A DNA stretch of 32,000 nt from positions 112,814 to 144,813 of the forward strand of contig FR903077.1 of the NCBI GenBank assembly GCA_000438195.1, given 5' to 3'. The position numbers were made by a program, and so were the translations under genes. Each line of letters opens with the position of its first letter. Within the stretch, counting starts at the first letter, position 1. Shown in pieces: positions 26,262 through 32,000 of this stretch. The stretch comes from Mycoplasma sp. CAG:776. Its GTDB lineage: Bacteria > Bacillota_I > Bacilli_A > RF39 > UBA660. The notes under the pieces were generated by a model. The model made no database searches. It saw only the letters and a list, made by a program, of their open reading frames with translations, and had not been told where the DNA came from.

Positions 26262-27357
26262 GTATGAGGAATTAGTAGATATCGATAAGATAATTGCCAT
26301 GTATAAAATAATAAGAGCTAACACTAAAAATAGAGGGAAATTACATAAATTTGAATTATTTTATGCTAGTAACATAATTAGCATATTAAACGTTTTAAAA
26401 TATAAAAAATATGAACATAGCCATTATAATGTATTTCTGGTTCATGAACCAAAATATCGAATTATCATGAGTGAAATCATGAGTGATAAAGTGGTAAACC
26501 ATGTTGTAAGTCACTTCGTATTAGACCCGGGCATAACTCCCCATTTAATTCCGCAGAATGTAGCTACTAGAAAAGGAATGGGAACGAAAGAAGGAATACG
26601 ATATGTTAAAAAATATATTAATAAATTAAAATTAAATTATGATAAAGTATATGTTTTGAAATGCGATATCAAAAAATACTTTTATAGTATTGATCATGAA
26701 TTAATATTAGAAAAAGTAAAAAGATTTATAACAGATCCAGATGTTTATAAATTAGTAGAAAACATAGTACAATCAACAGATAATTCTTATGTAAATGAAG
26801 CGATTGGGAAAGTAATCAATAAAGAAATCAAACGAATAGAAGGATTAAACATTTTAGATAAGGAAATTAAAATAGCAGAGTTAAAGAGTATACCTTTATA
26901 TAAAAAAGGAAAAGGGTTACCAATTGGTAATATGACCAGTCAATTATTAGCAATATATTTTTTAAATGATTTAGATCATTATATAAAAGAAAGATTATAT
27001 TGTAAGTATTATGTAAGATATATGGATGATTTTGTCATATTCGATTATGATAAAGAGCGGTTAAAAGAGATAAGAAAAAAGATAGAAGAAAAACTAATAG
27101 AATTTAAATTAGAACTGAATAGAAAAACAAATATTTATGATTTAAAGCATGGGTTTGGTTTTTTAGGTTACCAATTTATTTTAAAAGAAAAAAGACTTAT
27201 AATTAAAATTAATTCTGCTACCAAAAGAAGAATCAAAAAAAAGATGCGTAAGTTAAAAAAGATAAACGCACCAAATTATGAACAAGTAAAAGCAAGTTAT
27301 ATGGGCTACTTGACAGTTGCACATAGTAAAAACTTACTTAAGAAACTAGACCTTTAA
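26245..27357 (+). CDS. Diversity-generating-retroelement-type reverse transcriptase
   Basis: Motif 1-2 'EPKYRIIMS…DKVVNHVV', motif 4 'GLPIGNMTSQLLAIYFLNDLDHYI' (the DGR-typical I/LGxxxSQ rather than the xxSP of retron or group II RTs), catalytic 'VRYMDDFVIF', thumb 'FGFLGYQF'. 370 aa with no maturase or endonuclease domains. Confidence 0.85.
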   Translation: MKPSVKYEELVDIDKIIAMYKIIRANTKNRGKLHKFELFYASNIISILNVLKYKKYEHSHYNVFLVHEPKYRIIMSEIMSDKVVNHVVSHFVLDPGITPHLIPQNVATRKGMGTKEGIRYVKKYINKLKLNYDKVYVLKCDIKKYFYSIDHELILEKVKRFITDPDVYKLVENIVQSTDNSYVNEAIGKVINKEIKRIEGLNILDKEIKIAELKSIPLYKKGKGLPIGNMTSQLLAIYFLNDLDHYIKERLYCKYYVRYMDDFVIFDYDKERLKEIRKKIEEKLIEFKLELNRKTNIYDLKHGFGFLGYQFILKEKRLIIKINSATKRRIKKKMRKLKKINAPNYEQVKASYMGYLTVAHSKNLLKKLDL

Positions 27358-27564
27358 TTAACGAGGGTCTTTTTCAATGTGGGAAAATAATAAGAAAATA
27401 TTAATAATTCCACAAACACCAACAATACCATAGATAATTCTTGTAACAACACTAGAGTCTTGAAATAAACTAGTAACTAAATTAAAATCAAAGAATCCAA
27501 TAAGTCCCCAGTTAATAGCTCCAATAATTGTAAAAATTAATGCTATTTTTTGTAATGTTTCCAT
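27358..27564 (-). CDS. DUF378-family small membrane protein
   Basis: 68 aa, two TM helices, with the 'IGAINWGLIGFF.FNLV' motif typical of DUF378. RBS AAAGGGTG. Confidence 0.8.
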   Translation of the reverse strand: METLQKIALIFTIIGAINWGLIGFFDFNLVTSLFQDSSVVTRIIYGIVGVCGIINIFLLFSHIEKDPR

Positions 27565-27743
27565 TTAATCACACCCTTTGCTACTATTATGTAGTAAACA
27601 AACTAAAATTATACATAAATTTGTAGAAATAAGAAAAATAAAAAATGTAAATAAAGTCAAAGTTATAAACAATTAAAATATAAAAAATAAATTCATAATT
27701 TTAACAAAGAGCAATATAGTTAAATTAGAGAAGGGTGTGTTAT

Positions 27744-28847
27744 ATGAAAAAATTAGTTATTCTAGCACTAGGGTTAATGTTATTTATTACGGGATGTGGG
27801 AAAGAAACAGAAGAAGATTTAATAGCTAAATTTGAAAAAAGTATCACAAATTCAAAATCCTATATCTTAAAGGGAAATATGGAAATTTTGAGTAATGAAG
27901 AAACGTTCACTTATAGTATAGAAGCAAATTATTTAAAAGATGATTATTATAAAGTAACATTAGTAAATCAAACAAATAATCATGAACAAATAATTTTAAA
28001 AAATGGAGATGGAGTATATGTTGTAACACCAACATTAAATAAAAGCTTCAAATTCCAAAGCGAATGGCCAGCTAATAGTAGCCAATCTTATATTTTATCT
28101 TCTTTGCTAAATGATATTAAAGGGGAAGAAAAAATTAGTGTAGAAGAACAAGATAAAAACTACATTTTAAAAACAAAAGTAAATTATCCAAACAATTCTG
28201 CGTTAACATATCAAAAAATTTATTTTGACAAAAATATGAATTTAGAAAAGGTAGAAGTATATGATAGTGAAGATATTGTAAATATTAAGGTAGTATTTTC
28301 CTCAATTGATTTAAAGGCCGGACTAAGCGAAGAAGACTTTTTGTTAGAAGATTTAATTGATATGAATGCCGAAAATAAAAAAGATGAGAATAAAGAACCA
28401 AAAGAAGAAGAAAATAATCAAAATACAGAAAATACAGAAGGCCAAAATACAGGAAATGAATGTGAAAATGAAGAATGTGATACAAAATCAAGCAACATAT
28501 TAGATAGTATTATTTATCCGTTGTATATTCCAAGTGAAACATATTTATCAAATAGTGAAGAAATTGATACAGATGAAGGAAATAGAATGATTCTTACCTT
28601 TGCAGGAGATAAAAACTTTGTTTTAATAGAAGAAGTAGCAAATATAGCTAATGAATTTGAAATAATACCTGTATATGGAGATCCAGTAATGTTAAGCGAT
28701 ACTATTGCTGCTAAGAGTGCCAATTCCCTTTATTGGACGAGTGAAAATGTATCTTATTATTTAACAAGTAATGACTTATCAACAGAGGAGATGGTAACCA
28801 TAGCTGAATCATTAGGAAATACTAAAGTAGTATCAGGAAGCAAATAA
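27744..28847 (+). CDS. Lipoprotein with a LolA-like N-terminal fold and a DUF4367-like C-terminal domain
   Basis: ATG 27744 after GAGAAGGG. Lipobox LFITG|C. Acidic low-complexity linker (ENKKDENKEPKEEENNQNTENTEGQN). C-terminal '…LYWTSENVSYYLTSNDLSTEEMVTIAESL'. Confidence 0.75.
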   Translation: MKKLVILALGLMLFITGCGKETEEDLIAKFEKSITNSKSYILKGNMEILSNEETFTYSIEANYLKDDYYKVTLVNQTNNHEQIILKNGDGVYVVTPTLNKSFKFQSEWPANSSQSYILSSLLNDIKGEEKISVEEQDKNYILKTKVNYPNNSALTYQKIYFDKNMNLEKVEVYDSEDIVNIKVVFSSIDLKAGLSEEDFLLEDLIDMNAENKKDENKEPKEEENNQNTENTEGQNTGNECENEECDTKSSNILDSIIYPLYIPSETYLSNSEEIDTDEGNRMILTFAGDKNFVLIEEVANIANEFEIIPVYGDPVMLSDTIAAKSANSLYWTSENVSYYLTSNDLSTEEMVTIAESLGNTKVVSGSK

Positions 28848-28982
28848 GCTTCTTTTTATATAAAATAATTTTTTTATCAGCGAAAAATATAGTTAGGCAG
28901 ATAGTAAAGTAAACTAAAAAATAAAATTTGACAAACCTAATAGGTAATGCTAATATATATGATCACGAAAGGGGAGAAAAAT

Positions 28983-29501
28983 ATGAGTATTCAATTTATT
29001 AATAGTTTGATAAATCCTATTAATGATAAGTTAATAATGGCTAAAAAAGATTGTTTAAGAATGCAAGAATTATCTTTTACTGGAGTAAAACATGAATTAA
29101 CAGAAAATAACAGTAGAACAATAATATATAGTTTACTACCAGGATTAGAAGATTTTCAAATAATAGTGCAAATAGATGCAAACGGAATGAAACATACTTA
29201 TATAGCCAAACTATTTTTAATAGCAGAAATAAGTGAAGAATCATTAGAAGAACTATTAAAAAGAATAAATTTAGCAAATACTAAAATAAAACAAGGAAAT
29301 GCAGAAGATTTAAAAGAACTATTAACGTTACCAGAAGAAATAGAAAATAATTGCCTTATTATGTCAAAGCTTTCTTTAAGAAAAGAAACTCATAAATTAG
29401 ATTTAATGTTTTTAGAATTTGCATTAGGAATAAAAAAATTACGTGAAATTCAATTACAATATTGGAACATGAGAAGTATGAACAATCAAAATATAAGATG
29501 A
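28983..29501 (+). CDS. Hypothetical cytoplasmic protein
   Basis: ATG 28983 after AGGGGAG. A TTGACA(28928)-17 nt-TAATAT promoter lies upstream. No recognised family. Confidence 0.55.
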   Translation: MSIQFINSLINPINDKLIMAKKDCLRMQELSFTGVKHELTENNSRTIIYSLLPGLEDFQIIVQIDANGMKHTYIAKLFLIAEISEESLEELLKRINLANTKIKQGNAEDLKELLTLPEEIENNCLIMSKLSLRKETHKLDLMFLEFALGIKKLREIQLQYWNMRSMNNQNIR

Positions 29502-29582
29502 TAAAAGAAATAAAAAGCAAAATTATGTAAAAACTTGCTTTCTTTTATTTTTATTGCTATAATTTATCTAGGTGGTGGAAAC

Positions 29583-30125
29583 ATGGCGAAAGAAAAAATA
29601 AAAAAAGTAAAACAAGAAAAATATCGTAGTGAAGAACAAATGGAAATAATTCGTTTTATACGTATTTTAATAATAGTAGTGGTTTTAATATTAGGAATCT
29701 ATTTTATTACAGAAATATTTATTAAAGAAGATAGTAAAAATAATGAAAATGAAATTACCGAAGGAAAAATTAATTATGATAAAACCTTAATTGGTTCAAT
29801 TTTAAATAAACCAGAAAAAGAATATTATGTATTAATTTATAATTCCGAAAATTTAAGAGCAGCTTATTATAGTGGCATAGCATCTAAATATTTACAAAAT
29901 AAAGAACATTTAAGAGTTTATTATGCAGACTTAAATAATAAACTAAACCAAGATTTCTATGATCAAGAAAATGTAAACTTAAATGTTTCTGATATTAAAG
30001 ACTTAAAAGTAGGAGACGTTGCCTTAATAAAAGTAAAAGATGGGAAAATTATTAAAGCGATAGGTACAGAAGAAGAAATAGCAGAAGAATTAAAGTATAT
30101 AGAAAGTGAAGATACTGAAAAATAG
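29583..30125 (+). CDS. Hypothetical N-terminally anchored protein
   Basis: ATG 29583 after GGTGGTGGA. Basic N-terminus then TM IRILIIVVVLILGIYFITEIF. The upstream TTG-extended part of the ORF overlaps a probable terminator. Confidence 0.55.
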   Translation: MAKEKIKKVKQEKYRSEEQMEIIRFIRILIIVVVLILGIYFITEIFIKEDSKNNENEITEGKINYDKTLIGSILNKPEKEYYVLIYNSENLRAAYYSGIASKYLQNKEHLRVYYADLNNKLNQDFYDQENVNLNVSDIKDLKVGDVALIKVKDGKIIKAIGTEEEIAEELKYIESEDTEK

Positions 30126-30186
30126 TATCTTTTTTCTTTATATTTTCACCAAATTATGATATGATTTTATAGTAGAAGGTGAATAG

Positions 30187-31395
30187 ATGAATAAAATGAA
30201 TAATAATAGAGGTTTTAGTTTAATATGGGTCATAGGAATTGTAACTGTAACAAGTATTATATCCGCAATAACATCTGGAGTAATAGTTTATAATAATAAT
30301 AAATTATCCTATGATTTAACTTATGGAGATTTATCTAAAGATGGTGATTTAAATGAGTTTTTATCTGTATATGCAAATATTTTATCAGAATATTATAAAG
30401 ACGTAGATAAAGGAGCTTTGTTAGATCAGGCCATTGCTGGAATGATGGATTATTTAGGAGACGATTACTCGACTTATTTAGATGATGATACAACAGCAGA
30501 GCTTTTTGAATCTTTATCAGGGGAATATACAGGAATAGGTGTATCTATTAATAATAGTGATAAATCTATTGCTAAAGTTTATGATAATACTCCAGCAAGT
30601 AAAGCAGAAATTCAAGTTGGTGATATTATTGTAGGATTTAATGGAACAGATGTAACATCTATAAGTGCAAATGAATTAGTAAATATGATTAAAAACAATA
30701 AGGACTATTTTACTTTAGAATTACAAAGAGGAGAAAATAGAATAAGTGTTTCTCTAAAAAATGAGACCCTAATAACACCAAATGTAGAATATCATATGGT
30801 AGAAAATACAAAAACAGGATATTTATATATGGAAACATTTTCAAATACCTTAGCAACACAAGTAGAAAATGCTTTAAAAGAATTAGAAGGACAAGGTATG
30901 AATTCTTTAATCATTGATTTGCGAGATAATACAGGTGGCTATTTGACCTCAGCAACAGATGTTGCAAGTATCTTTTTAGAAAAGGGGGAAAGAATTTATA
31001 GCCTAGATTATCAAGGGAAAGTGACTAATTATAACGATACAACAAAAGAACATAAAGAATATTCAATAATCGTGTTAACAAACGAAAATACAGCCTCAGC
31101 ATCTGAAATTTTAGCAGCAGCTTTAAAAGAAAGCTATGGCGCTACAATAGTTGGAACTACCTCTTTTGGTAAAGGAAAAGTTCAACAAACAATGAAGTTG
31201 GATGATGGATCAATGGTAAAATACACATCTGCCCTTTGGCTCACACCCAACGGGACATGTATAGATGGAATAGGAATTACACCGGATTATTATGTTGAGA
31301 ATGAAGAAATAAAAGATGAAAATGGAGTTGTAACAGACATTAAGGATTCACAATTAAATAAAGCAATAGAAATATTAAATGGAATAACAAACTAA
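30187..31395 (+). CDS. ctpA: S41-family C-terminal processing peptidase with PDZ domain (CtpA/CtpB-like)
   Basis: N-terminal TM. PDZ (GIGVSI…VYDNTPASKAEIQVGDIIVGFNG). 'LIIDLRDNTGGYL', catalytic Ser 'NENTASASEILAAAL' and Lys 'TSFGKGKVQ'. Confidence 0.9.
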   Translation: MNKMNNNRGFSLIWVIGIVTVTSIISAITSGVIVYNNNKLSYDLTYGDLSKDGDLNEFLSVYANILSEYYKDVDKGALLDQAIAGMMDYLGDDYSTYLDDDTTAELFESLSGEYTGIGVSINNSDKSIAKVYDNTPASKAEIQVGDIIVGFNGTDVTSISANELVNMIKNNKDYFTLELQRGENRISVSLKNETLITPNVEYHMVENTKTGYLYMETFSNTLATQVENALKELEGQGMNSLIIDLRDNTGGYLTSATDVASIFLEKGERIYSLDYQGKVTNYNDTTKEHKEYSIIVLTNENTASASEILAAALKESYGATIVGTTSFGKGKVQQTMKLDDGSMVKYTSALWLTPNGTCIDGIGITPDYYVENEEIKDENGVVTDIKDSQLNKAIEILNGITN

Positions 31396-31457
31396 AATTT
31401 GTTATTTTTTCTTTTATCTGCTATAATAAAATTACAAAAAGAAAGCCAGGAGTAAGA

Positions 31458-32000
31458 ATGAAAGAAGAAGAACATAAAATAAAGGTAGGCGATAAATTAG
31501 AAATTCATTGTTATAAACATAATGGAAAATTACACCAATTATGTAATGAAGGAATAGTTTTAGCAATAGATGAAGAAAAAATAGTAGTTGCAAATAATAA
31601 AGCCAAGCTGACTGAAAGAGATGGTAGAAGTTATCATGCTAAAGAACCAGCTATTTTATTCTTCTATAAAAAGCATTGGTTTAATATTATTGGTCAGTTA
31701 AAAAGATTTGGACTATTTTACTATTGTAATATTGCTACTCCGTATATAATTGATGGAAAAATAATTAAATATATTGATTATGATTTAGATTTACGAGTTT
31801 TTCCTGATGGTGGATTTAAAATATTGGATTATAATGAATATAATTATCATAAAAAACTAATGCATTATCCAAAAGAAATTCAAATCATTATAAAAAGTGA
31901 ATTATCGAGATTAATAGAAATGAAAAAAAATAATATAGGGCCATTCGCTAAAGGAGAGATAAAGAAATACTATTTCATTTATAAAAAGTTAATAAAATGA
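31458..32000 (+). CDS. DUF402/UPF0374-family nucleoside tri-/diphosphatase (YgaC/Ntdp-like)
   Basis: '…HWFNIIGQL…YYCNIATPY…IKYIDYDLDLRVFPDG..KILD..EY' matches the DUF402 family. RBS AGGAG. The TGA stop is the last three bases of the window. Confidence 0.8.
   Translation: MKEEEHKIKVGDKLEIHCYKHNGKLHQLCNEGIVLAIDEEKIVVANNKAKLTERDGRSYHAKEPAILFFYKKHWFNIIGQLKRFGLFYYCNIATPYIIDGKIIKYIDYDLDLRVFPDGGFKILDYNEYNYHKKLMHYPKEIQIIIKSELSRLIEMKKNNIGPFAKGEIKKYYFIYKKLIK

Larger units (their letters stand above)
25379..27357 (+). mobile_element. DGR core cassette (MSL - avd - RT); template and variable repeats not located
   Basis: Three overlapping ORFs with DGR-specific signatures behind one promoter. There is no non-coding gap between avd and the RT where a TR normally sits. 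Confidence 0.7.

Noticed and set aside
26245-27357. Alternative reading of the RT as a retron, group II intron or defence-associated (Abi/UG) reverse transcriptase
   Set aside because: The motif-4 'IGNMTSQ' (SQ rather than SP), the adjacent Avd-like four-helix protein, the lack of maturase/endonuclease (group II) features, and no obvious msr/msd-type inverted repeats upstream all favour a DGR. A phylogeny is still needed.

Overview
This is an AT-rich (roughly 70% A+T by eye) chromosomal segment from a low-GC Gram-positive (Bacillota-type) organism. It uses the standard bacterial code: TGA acts as a stop (ATGA-type gene overlaps), and Trp is TGG. Housekeeping genes (ftsH, dCMP deaminase, typA/bipA, tex, a FemAB-family transferase, hsp20, a GT2 glycosyltransferase, MYG1, an S41 C-terminal protease, a DUF402 phosphatase) are interleaved with three accessory modules. 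(1) At 25.4-27.4 kb lies a compact diversity-generating retroelement (DGR) core: a MutS-domain-I-like ORF, an Avd-like four-helix ORF and a DGR-type reverse transcriptase, all overlapping. I could find no template repeat next to it. (2) At 12.1-18.4 kb lies a SipW/TasA-like extracellular-fibre locus. It holds two small proteins with SipW-cognate FAYFT signal peptides, an 860-aa membrane-anchored protein made of about 1.7 kb of thrombospondin-type-3-like Asp/Cys calcium-binding repeats plus a cadherin-like and a TasA-like domain, and an archaeal/ER-type signal peptidase. A decayed AlbA_2-family pseudogene interrupts the locus. (3) At 2.8-5.8 kb sits a surface-protein pair. The second gene is switched off by an 11-G homopolymer in its signal peptide and by a second frameshift. 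Its C-terminal lectin-like segment has an A-depleted, NNY-codon-rich patch that looks like a DGR variable region. Smaller items are a perfect CIRCE operator in front of hsp20 and a terminator-bounded small transcript or leader at 9.09-9.28 kb. That transcript shares a 26-nt promoter/5' block with the repeat-protein gene. I saw no rRNA, tRNA, CRISPR array, transposase or integrase.
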